20,000 nt of DNA, taken from the IMG/VR virus record IMGVR_UViG_3300042542_003718; one strand, 5' to 3'. This document shows positions 9,775 to 17,167 of this stretch, one piece after another; position 1 is the first letter of the stretch; the number at the start of each line of letters is the position of its first letter. The translations under genes were made by a program, and so were the position numbers. Below the pieces are notes generated by a model. The model did no database searches. It was not told the origin of the DNA and was given only the letters and a program-made list of their open reading frames with translations. Source of the DNA: an uncultured virus (IMG/VR IMGVR_UViG_3300042542_003718). Taxonomy: Duplodnaviria > Heunggongvirae > Uroviricota > Caudoviricetes > Herelleviridae.

Positions 9775-10091
9775 TTGTTTTCTCCTGTCTCTTTCTTAGT
9801 TTGATTGTGTGTATTGCTTAACAAATTTACAAACATCCACAAGCGCCTCATCAAGGCAACCATCAGCAAATTCAATTTGTGTAGCATGGTAAACAAGGGC
9901 GCTAATTGAAACATGCACATATTTTGTATGGTCCGCATAAAAGATTGTCATGGTGACATAGCGGCCAAGATAGTACGCAAACACTGTGAAGCTTTTTTCT
10001 TCTGTCTCACTTGCGTAGTCATTGATTTGGGCAACGTTCAAGCCAGCATTTAGCAAAGTGTCTTTGATTTGTGCGATCATTTGTTTTCTCC
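9767..10091 (-). repeat. 19-bp direct repeat spanning RBS and start codon (9767-9785 and 10073-10091)
   Basis: GCGATCATTTGTTTTCTCC occurs twice (minus strand GGAGAAAACAAATGATCGC). Confidence 0.9.
9796..10080 (-). CDS. Hypothetical early-region protein (94 aa from ATG 10080), paralog of 9445-9774
   Basis: GGAGAAAACAA-ATG identical to neighbour; MIAQIKDTLLNAGL and KYVHVSI motifs. Confidence 0.75.
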   Translation of the reverse strand: MIAQIKDTLLNAGLNVAQINDYASETEEKSFTVFAYYLGRYVTMTIFYADHTKYVHVSISALVYHATQIEFADGCLDEALVDVCKFVKQYTQSN

Positions 10092-10146
10092 GTAGTGTGT
10101 GATCGTTTTTGTTAAGGTACTTTCTAAATAACATACGGTTTTTACT

Positions 10147-10267
10147 TTGTCAATAAATTTTACAAATTAAATTGAAAATATTTTACTTGTCTTCTTCAGA
10201 TAGTTTTTCATAGTCGAGTTCATTGATTACTTTTTTGCTTAGTTGTCAATAAATTCTACAAAATAAA
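10147..10267 (-). promoter_or_regulatory. Two copies of a 25-bp motif containing a perfect -35 TTGACA (tandem promoters/operators)
   Basis: TTGTCAATAAATTTTACAAATTAAA (10147-10171) and TTGTCAATAAATTCTACAAAATAAA (10243-10267), 23/25 identical, 96 bp apart; proximal copy followed by N17-TATTTA with TG extension. Confidence 0.65.
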
Positions 10268-10329
10268 CACCGATCTTTTGATTGATACATATAAGCATAG
10301 TTCATAAAATCAAAGAGAAAGGATAAATC

Positions 10330-10710
10330 ATGTACGATTACGAATTACAACAATGCACCATAGAACATCCGCCCCTTGATACCCCGATCATGTATCAAGG
10401 TACTTTTGAATTAGCGAAGCATGATAGAAGAGAACCGATTGATTTTGTTCTCTTTAACTTGCCCCTTGTTCTCATCTTTCTTTTTTGCTTAGTGGCTAGG
10501 CTGCTAAAGAAGCCCAGTAGGCAAATCGACCATTTCACCATTCAAACAGATACTAGAATAAATCAGTTACGCCTTAGAATTGAAACACTAGAAAGACAAA
10601 GTAGACAGGACCCATTGAACCTAAACGCAAAGATTAACAGGTTGGAAGATATACTAAGATCACTTGAGACACCAGCCCCATTTTTACCAAAAAACACAGA
10701 TCAGGACTAA
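10330..10710 (+). CDS. Hypothetical protein with single TM helix and coiled coil
   Basis: AAAGGA SD; FVLFNLPLVLIFLFCLVA hydrophobic helix followed by heptad repeats. Confidence 0.7.
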   Translation: MYDYELQQCTIEHPPLDTPIMYQGTFELAKHDRREPIDFVLFNLPLVLIFLFCLVARLLKKPSRQIDHFTIQTDTRINQLRLRIETLERQSRQDPLNLNAKINRLEDILRSLETPAPFLPKNTDQD

Positions 10711-10791
10711 AGGGCTAATTTTGCCCCTGTTTGTACTATGTCGCCCCGCCTAAAAGTTGCGTTTTAGTTAGGATATTGGCTAATAGTTACG

Positions 10792-11080
10792 ATCTTAACT
10801 GTACATCTTAACTAAAAAATATTGTTATATTTCAATACTTTACAAAGATGATTAAGATTATTAAGATAGTTTAAGGCTTAATGATAAACTAGAAACACAT
10901 AAGAAAATAAATTATGTATTTTGTGTTTATATATAAGAGTATAGAAAAAAAATTAATTATCTTGATCATCTTAACTAGCATGAGCTAACTTATTGATCTA
11001 TAACAATATTTTCTAGTTAAGATGTTTTTTTTCGTACCTTTTGGCATCTTAACGAGGCTGCCCCATCTTAATCATCTTAA
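10792..11080. repeat. ATCTTAA iteron-like array with nested inverted repeats; putative replication origin or packaging site
   Basis: Nine exact ATCTTAA/TTAAGAT copies (10792, 10805, 10852, 10861, 10968, 11017, 11046, 11065, 11074); 34-bp inverted repeat 10804-10837 vs 10991-11024 (31/34); AT-rich centre. Confidence 0.8.
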
Positions 11081-11148
11081 TTTTTGAGGCCTAAAAAGAA
11101 AACAAGTATCATGAAAACCATAGACCAGAACCAAAAGAGAGAGCGAAC

Positions 11149-11691
11149 ATGATCGCAAGTGAATATTTTGAAATGCTTAGCGCCTCTGAATGGCAAGTAG
11201 CGAATCTAGATACTTTTCTTAGAGAAGTACAAGGCGGGGCGACCTTAAAGAATGCGGGCATATTAGCCGAGTACACGCCAAAACAGATTAAAAAGATAGA
11301 GAGTATCTATGCGCAATTCTGTAATGACGAACTTGATGAACCATCAATTGAATTTGTTGTTGGTTTCTATGTATCCAAGGCGGTTGCGTACAGGGATAAA
11401 CGATGGATAGGATTTGTAGAGGCCGGCGGCAAACAAGCGAGCGCGGGCATGTGGCTATTAGAACGGCGTGTAGGCGGCGAATTTGGCGCACCAGTTCAAA
11501 AAGTACAGCAAGAGATCAAGGCGGGGGTTATGTACTCAAGCGTACAAGAAGCAATAGAAGCAACACAAAAGAAACTAGGTATCAAACAGATTGAGGAACA
11601 GGGCGACTATTGGGCAAAACTACAAACAGCCGCCGCCCTATCTCAAGATTTGCCAGTGTTGCCCATAGAGACAACGAACAAAAAAGATTAG
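11149..11691 (+). CDS. Putative terminase small subunit-like DNA-binding protein
   Basis: N-terminal HTH-like GATLKNAGILAE and SAGMWLLERR, resembling the AAAWLLERR motif recalled from TerS-like proteins; 180 aa. Confidence 0.4.
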   Translation: MIASEYFEMLSASEWQVANLDTFLREVQGGATLKNAGILAEYTPKQIKKIESIYAQFCNDELDEPSIEFVVGFYVSKAVAYRDKRWIGFVEAGGKQASAGMWLLERRVGGEFGAPVQKVQQEIKAGVMYSSVQEAIEATQKKLGIKQIEEQGDYWAKLQTAAALSQDLPVLPIETTNKKD

Positions 11692-11844
11692 TGAACATGA
11701 TCAAAAAATACAAAGTAGAATATGAAACTTGTTATCATGCTCTAGATTGCTTTAAAACCTATCTAAAATCGTTCATACGCCCTTAGTGAATAGGTTGACT
11801 AGGTAACCATTAACAAAATAGAAAATAATAGGGAATTAGAGCAT

Positions 11845-12567
11845 ATGAAAAAGAAATATAGTACGCGGGACTTTTTGAAACCTAAGAGCACATGTGAAGG
11901 GGCATTGATTGCGACGCGCCGCGCTTTAGCTGATTGTGAAGTACGGGGGTGGCTTGCGGAAGATTTGGGCGTCTCATATTCAACGTTTTGCAATTACCTA
12001 TCCACATATGAGGACAAGGCAAACATATTGACTACGTGGTCAAAACATTGGGAGATGTCGCCCGCAATACTTCAGAAAATAGTTCTTATTAATCCGGAAA
12101 TTCCTAGCATCCTAAAGACTACTAGGATGACAGAAATCAAAGCGTCTCAAGTACTAGCTAATTTAAAATTTTGTGTATCCATAGTACAAAGAAACCTAAA
12201 TCAATCAATACTTGATCAAAAGATAGCTATTCGCAAATGGACGGGCCTAAATAGTGATTATGCAATCTTAGCCCCTAGCCTGTATCACTGTTCAGAAGTC
12301 CTGATTGATACAAGCATTGACGAGGGCGATTGTGAATGTCATATTGACGAACGAATTCTTTTTATCGTGGCAACGTGGGGCGGATGGCAGCTAAGGGCGG
12401 AAATCGAACATTGGTTAACAAATGTAGCTACGATTTTTCGGGGCGTGTCTCTTGGTTACTATCCACATGATCAACATGTAGACTTTACAACATGCTCAAT
12501 TAAGAAGGCACCTGTAGATACGCTTGAAAAACATAAGCTTGATCAAATTAGAAAAATCTTTGTTTAG
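11845..12567 (+). CDS. Hypothetical protein with N-terminal HTH
   Basis: RGWLAEDLGVSYSTFCNYL is XRE-HTH-like; remainder unrecognised. Confidence 0.6.
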   Translation: MKKKYSTRDFLKPKSTCEGALIATRRALADCEVRGWLAEDLGVSYSTFCNYLSTYEDKANILTTWSKHWEMSPAILQKIVLINPEIPSILKTTRMTEIKASQVLANLKFCVSIVQRNLNQSILDQKIAIRKWTGLNSDYAILAPSLYHCSEVLIDTSIDEGDCECHIDERILFIVATWGGWQLRAEIEHWLTNVATIFRGVSLGYYPHDQHVDFTTCSIKKAPVDTLEKHKLDQIRKIFV

Positions 12568-12577
12568 AAAGTATGCT

Positions 12578-13420
12578 ATGAAACCACTTCTTAAATATCC
12601 AGGCGGGAAGCTTGATGAACTTGTTCATATTTTGCCTGTGTTGCCTACATATAAGAGATATGTTGAACCATTTATTGGCGGGGGCGCTTTATACTTTTTC
12701 TTAGCACCTGATCAAGCCTGTATCAATGATCTAAATAGTAATGTGATCAATTTTTATAAGACAATTAGAGATGATTATGACTTGTTCATGAACCAGATTA
12801 CAAAGATACATGAACTCTATCTACACAATCAAAATAGATACGCTAAGCAATGCGCCCAAGGTATGGAGAACCCAACAAATGAGAATGAAGCTTTATACTA
12901 TGCCCTACGAAACGCGTTCAATGGTGAACCTTCTGACTATTTGCCCGCCGTCCTATACTACTTTATCAATAAAACAGCGTATGGAGGCCTTACACGATAC
13001 AACAATAAAGGGCGGTTCAATGTACCATTCGGGCGCTATGCTTCTTTTAACATTGATAGCGTGAGTAAGTATCATAGTACGTTACTACAAAATACACAGA
13101 TACAAAATCAAGACTATTCAAGCATCTTTGAGCACATAGAAACAAGTGATTTCATGTTTCTAGATCCGCCCTATGATTGCAAGTTTCATGAGTATGGTAA
13201 TCAAGAGATCAAAGATGCAGATAATGAAGCATTTCAGAGGAGACTAGCAGCCGATTTTAAGAATTTACATTGTTCGGCGCTGATGGTAGTAGCAGAAACA
13301 CCATTGATCAAAGATTTGTACGCTAATTATATCTTTGCCAGCTATCAGAAAAAGTACGCCGTCAACATTAAGAACCGGTTCAATCAAGAAGTAAAGCACT
13401 TGATCATAAAAAACTATTAA
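12578..13420 (+). CDS. D12-class (alpha group) N6-adenine DNA methyltransferase, resembling the M.BstNBI/M.PleI/M.MlyI (GASTC) subfamily
   Basis: LKYPGGK, YVEPFIGGGA, IND, YYFINKTAYGG..RYN..G.FNVPFGRY, FMFLDPPYDC, YAVNIKNRF, IIKNY; start set at ATG 12578. Confidence 0.92.
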   Translation: MKPLLKYPGGKLDELVHILPVLPTYKRYVEPFIGGGALYFFLAPDQACINDLNSNVINFYKTIRDDYDLFMNQITKIHELYLHNQNRYAKQCAQGMENPTNENEALYYALRNAFNGEPSDYLPAVLYYFINKTAYGGLTRYNNKGRFNVPFGRYASFNIDSVSKYHSTLLQNTQIQNQDYSSIFEHIETSDFMFLDPPYDCKFHEYGNQEIKDADNEAFQRRLAADFKNLHCSALMVVAETPLIKDLYANYIFASYQKKYAVNIKNRFNQEVKHLIIKNY

Positions 13421-13495
13421 ATCTTTATTTAAATATACTATGAAAGATTAAACTTGTTAAAAGTGTTTACAAGTCACAAAACACACGAGGGAATC

Positions 13496-13795
13496 ATGAA
13501 AAAGATTAAGCCAGCACCTAGACAGGTTGTACATTTAGACCGCCCACAAACAGCGATTCTAAAGCTCATTGCCCTAATGGGCGAAGTATCACAGAAACAA
13601 GCAATCACAGCTATTTTCAATATGGGCCTTGGCGCTTTACTCAAGGCAATCAATGAAAAAGATGATATCCAGTTTCTAGCGACTCTCAAAACTTATGGCA
13701 ACGATGAGACCACAGATCATCTATTCACAGAACTTTTCAAGCTTAGCGACTCAAGGAAGGCAACCAATGAACGCACACAATCAGACGAGACTTGA
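13496..13795 (+). CDS. Small putative DNA-binding protein (ribbon-helix-helix-like)
   Basis: GAGGG SD before ATG 13496; strand QVVHLD followed by two helices; TATACT at 13434-13439 upstream. Confidence 0.5.
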   Translation: MKKIKPAPRQVVHLDRPQTAILKLIALMGEVSQKQAITAIFNMGLGALLKAINEKDDIQFLATLKTYGNDETTDHLFTELFKLSDSRKATNERTQSDET

Positions 13796-14369
13796 AATCT
13801 TTGAATTTCTTTGTTGCAAAGACCACTTGAAAGAGAATGACCTTATGAGAAATAGAACACTATATGAAGATTTAAACAATGAACTTGCGACTTCAAAAGA
13901 TATCGCCGATCTTTGCGACCGAGCATCAATTTTACTAGCAAACATTATCAAACTTGCAGACAACACAGACGCCGTAGATATCTTCATGAAACAGGCTGAA
14001 GTTTTAAGCTATATGTTCAAAGATATGGCGTACAAATGCCCCAAGAAGTCCGTTCGTTCTCTTGTATCTGAATGGATTAGAGAAGAAAAGACACTACGGG
14101 AAATGGCTAAATTGCTCAATGAACAAGGATTGACCACCAACACAGGTAAACCATGGACTTACGCCTTAGTCGCCTATACCTTCAAAGACTTGTTCGATGC
14201 AAACAAGGCAAACCCCGCACAAGTTAGCGCACCAGTTAGGGCAAAAGAATTGCGAGATCGAGGATGGACACTAGAAGCAATTGCACAGGCGCTCAATGAG
14301 GAAGGATTTACCACGCTACGAGGCGGGGCGTATTCATCCGGTACTGTGCATCACCTTTTAAAGGATTAA
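13767..14369 (+). CDS. Protein with two tandem recombinase-family DNA-binding helical repeats, no catalytic resolvase domain
   Basis: TLREMAKLLNEQGLTTNTGKPWT and TLEAIAQALNEEGFTTLRGGAYS match the IA..LN..G..T..G..W pattern; AGGAAGG SD before ATG 13767. Confidence 0.7.
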   Translation: MNAHNQTRLEIFEFLCCKDHLKENDLMRNRTLYEDLNNELATSKDIADLCDRASILLANIIKLADNTDAVDIFMKQAEVLSYMFKDMAYKCPKKSVRSLVSEWIREEKTLREMAKLLNEQGLTTNTGKPWTYALVAYTFKDLFDANKANPAQVSAPVRAKELRDRGWTLEAIAQALNEEGFTTLRGGAYSSGTVHHLLKD

Positions 14370-14371
14370 CT

Positions 14372-14512
14372 ATGAACGCTATTATGATTGCCAGCCTTGG
14401 GCTACTAAGACAAATTGCAGAACCTATACTAAGAGAAGATGAAACAATTCAAAGAAGAGTCTTAGATTTCTTAGATACCTTGATCAATGAACTTGAGGGA
14501 ATTGATAAATGA
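14372..14512 (+). CDS. Small hypothetical protein (46 aa), absent from ORF track
   Basis: MNAIMIASLGLLRQIAEPILREDETIQRRVLDFLDTLINELEGIDK; AAGGA SD; fills the gap and overlaps the next start (ATGA). Confidence 0.65.
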   Translation: MNAIMIASLGLLRQIAEPILREDETIQRRVLDFLDTLINELEGIDK

Positions 14513-14970
14513 AGATCAAAGAACAGATACAAGAACTAAGAGAGCAGATCGCGCGCTTAACAATGCATCTAGTCAATAAGAATGAAGTACTTAGAGAACA
14601 TAGATATGAGATTGCCAGCCTCAAAGAAGAAAACAAGCTAATGAGGGCGTGCGTAGATGAAACACGCTTAAAAGTGCTAGCGCTATTCCTGAAACAAGAT
14701 ATTCATCATCCAGTCTATTCACATGACTTTGAAACATTGTATCATTCAATCGGTGATTACTTCTTTTCGCCGATCATGGCGGACAATGTGTATCCCGCCC
14801 TTTTTGTGGTTCAAGACTTAGCACATAAAAACATTTGTATTCATGCACTCTATGAGCAAATGAAAGACAATGAACGCACGCTTGAAGATGCAAGGATTAT
14901 AGAAATCATTGAGAAAGCTAGCCAGTACCGAGCAGCACAGAACCAACAGGGCAAGAACGATGAAGAGTGA
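14509..14970 (+). CDS. Hypothetical protein with N-terminal coiled coil
   Basis: GAGGG SD; heptad-rich N-terminus; overlaps the next gene. Confidence 0.7.
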   Translation: MKIKEQIQELREQIARLTMHLVNKNEVLREHRYEIASLKEENKLMRACVDETRLKVLALFLKQDIHHPVYSHDFETLYHSIGDYFFSPIMADNVYPALFVVQDLAHKNICIHALYEQMKDNERTLEDARIIEIIEKASQYRAAQNQQGKNDEE

Positions 14971-15436
14971 GCACCTAAAACAAAGAATGAATCAAGTCTT
15001 AGTACTTGCTCAATCGTCTAAATGCCCACGAAAACAATTCGGTTGCTTAATCATTGATCCAGTGAATAACAGAGTGATTAGTGACGGATGGAATGGAGCG
15101 CCAAAAGGGCCCGAGCGCCTTTGTGGGGGCGAAATTTGCCTAAGAGATCAAGCAGCGATTCAAAGCGGTTCAAGTCCTCACATAGGTTGCCACCACGCCG
15201 AAACAAACGCAATTTGTAACGCCGCTTCAATGGGTACCAGTACAAAGGGCGCTTGGGCGATTGTCAATGGCGAACCTTGCCTTATGTGCGCTAAGATGCT
15301 TCATCATGCCTTGATTAGTAGCGTGGTAATCATTCGGGGGGCTTACCTTGGCGCACAGCTTACAGGAGATGCAGGCGTCCAGTATCTACTTGATCATAGT
15401 ATCAATGTAATCTTTGAAAGGATTGAACATGGTTGA
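14960..15436 (+). CDS. dCMP deaminase (ComEB/Dcd-type zinc deaminase)
   Basis: S.C.R..FGCLI, GWNGAP, HAE.NAI, PCLMCAK; start set at ATG 14960. Confidence 0.92.
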   Translation: MKSEHLKQRMNQVLVLAQSSKCPRKQFGCLIIDPVNNRVISDGWNGAPKGPERLCGGEICLRDQAAIQSGSSPHIGCHHAETNAICNAASMGTSTKGAWAIVNGEPCLMCAKMLHHALISSVVIIRGAYLGAQLTGDAGVQYLLDHSINVIFERIEHG

Positions 15437-15683
15437 TTTTTTATATAGTTTCAATGGTTGTGTTTTTGTTACGGCGCTTCTGTACTTGCTCATATGGATT
15501 TTGAAGCTTGTCCACGAACTACGATTTGTACACATTGGCGCCCTTCGCATGTTCGCTTTAGGCGTGTTACTAGGTTTCTTTGTGTACTTCTTATTCATGC
15601 TTAGTTTACGAGCGCCGGCGATCATTGCGTCTTTCATGTTTGTTAATATGATCATCGGTGCGTTGGAAGGTGAGGGGCAATGA
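15429..15683 (+). CDS. Small membrane protein with about three TM segments
   Basis: Three hydrophobic stretches; AAAGGA SD before ATG 15429; ATGA overlap with MTase 2. Confidence 0.65.
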   Translation: MVDFLYSFNGCVFVTALLYLLIWILKLVHELRFVHIGALRMFALGVLLGFFVYFLFMLSLRAPAIIASFMFVNMIIGALEGEGQ

Positions 15684-16693
15684 AAACTAATCAAATTTAT
15701 CATGGTGATTGTCTTGATCTGTTGCCCAGTATACCGAGTAAATCTGTTGACATGATACTTTGTGATTTACCGTATGGAACTACAGCTTGTGCGTGGGATT
15801 CAATTATCCCTTTAGATAGATTATGGAGGGAATACGAACGAGTAATCAAGGATAATGGGAACATTGTTTTAACCGCTCAAGGTATGTTCGGGGCTAAGCT
15901 AATGACTTTCAGAGAAACATGGTTCAATCATGACTATGTATGGATAAAGAACCAACATTCAAACTTCGCTTTAGTAGGTATCCAGCCACTACGTATCTTT
16001 GAAAATGTACTTGTATTCAGACCACCAAGAAAAGACGATATAGATAGAGCATTTAACAAAGAACTAAGGGCATATTTCAAGCAAGTAAATGAGTTTATAG
16101 GTTTAAATAGATCACAGATAGAACAGATCATAGGACATATGGGCTATCATCATTCTTACGGCGTGACGGGTTGTCAATTTGATCTATGTACAAAAGAAAC
16201 CTACGATCAATTGATAGCGTGTTTCAAGATTGACCAGATGCAGGGCTTTTTGAATTATGAAACTTTGCAATCTATGAAAGAGAAACAAATTTATCTTCCA
16301 TATACTTTTAACTTTGATGCTCGCATTAAAAGTACAAAGCAAGCAAAGAACAATGATTTCAATAGGCAAATGTACGGTGACAAAACAAATCAAAAGTATA
16401 AAGAACACATAAGCAAAGAGTATGAAAATTATCCTAGAAACACGCTATATTTTGACTGTGAACGAGGGCAACACCCAACACAGAAGCCCGTCGCATTGTT
16501 TGAATATTTAATAAGAACCTATTCAAACGAGGGCGAAGTAATCTTAGATAATTGTTCAGGTTCAGGGACTACAGCGATTGCGTGTTTAAATAGTAATAGG
16601 CAATATATTTGCATAGAAAAAGATGAAACCTACTACAAGAGATCACTTGAACGCATAGCGAACCACGAACCGCTTTTACACATGGGAAAATAG
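15680..16693 (+). CDS. DNA amino-methyltransferase (beta class), paralog 2, long form with central insertion
   Basis: DLPY, HPTQKP, ILDNCSGSGTT; ends nearly identical to paralog 1. Confidence 0.93.
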   Translation: MKTNQIYHGDCLDLLPSIPSKSVDMILCDLPYGTTACAWDSIIPLDRLWREYERVIKDNGNIVLTAQGMFGAKLMTFRETWFNHDYVWIKNQHSNFALVGIQPLRIFENVLVFRPPRKDDIDRAFNKELRAYFKQVNEFIGLNRSQIEQIIGHMGYHHSYGVTGCQFDLCTKETYDQLIACFKIDQMQGFLNYETLQSMKEKQIYLPYTFNFDARIKSTKQAKNNDFNRQMYGDKTNQKYKEHISKEYENYPRNTLYFDCERGQHPTQKPVALFEYLIRTYSNEGEVILDNCSGSGTTAIACLNSNRQYICIEKDETYYKRSLERIANHEPLLHMGK

Positions 16694-16694
16694 T

Positions 16695-16889
16695 ATGAAT
16701 GGGAATAGGCTAATCGTTCGCTTATATATCAATGAACTTTGTATCTTAGATTTTTGTGAACCTTTAGAAAGAGTATACAATCTACTTGATCAAGAGATCA
16801 TTGACCGAATAAGAGACCTAGAAAACAGGTTTGACGGCGTAGCAAAGAAAGCGCTATTGACCATGAGCAAAACACAGGAGGCCCCTTGA
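16695..16889 (+). CDS. Hypothetical protein (64 aa)
   Basis: Starts 1 nt after the MTase 2 stop and overlaps the next start. Confidence 0.6.
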   Translation: MNGNRLIVRLYINELCILDFCEPLERVYNLLDQEIIDRIRDLENRFDGVAKKALLTMSKTQEAP

Positions 16890-17167
16890 ACAAGTTTGAA
16901 AAGATAGCTAGCAACCTAGCCACCATTTTATCAATGAAAAATGACGCATATGGCAACGCATTTGACAAGACAACACAGATACTCACGCTTCTTTATCCCA
17001 ATGGGATCAAGGTAGAACAGTTCAAGGATGTTCATGTACTCATTCGCATGCTTGACAAGATCAGCAGGATCGCAAGAGATAACGACCCTTTTGGAGAAAG
17101 TCCCTATAAAGATTTAGCGGGCTATGCTATTTTGTCACTTGCTAGGGATGAGAACGATGAAAACTAA
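16886..17167 (+). CDS. DUF1599/Nmad1-like nucleotide-modification-associated all-alpha protein
   Basis: KNDAYGNAF, IRMLDKISR, ESPYKDLAGYAIL pattern; AGGAGG SD before TTG start. Confidence 0.7.
   Translation: MNKFEKIASNLATILSMKNDAYGNAFDKTTQILTLLYPNGIKVEQFKDVHVLIRMLDKISRIARDNDPFGESPYKDLAGYAILSLARDENDEN

Noticed and set aside
10792..11080. CRISPR array or MITE interpretation of the ATCTTAA repeats
   Set aside because: Repeats are 7-11 bp, irregularly spaced and in both orientations with no unique 30-40 bp spacers; the motif continues beyond the 34-bp inverted repeat and no target-site duplication or transposase is seen
11698..11787. 29-aa ORF MIKKYKVEYETCYHALDCFKTYLKSFIRP
   Set aside because: No clear SD or motif; too short to support
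13695..14369. Serine integrase / evidence of lysogeny
   Set aside because: No catalytic YxRxS domain or zinc ribbon, and no att-like site recognised
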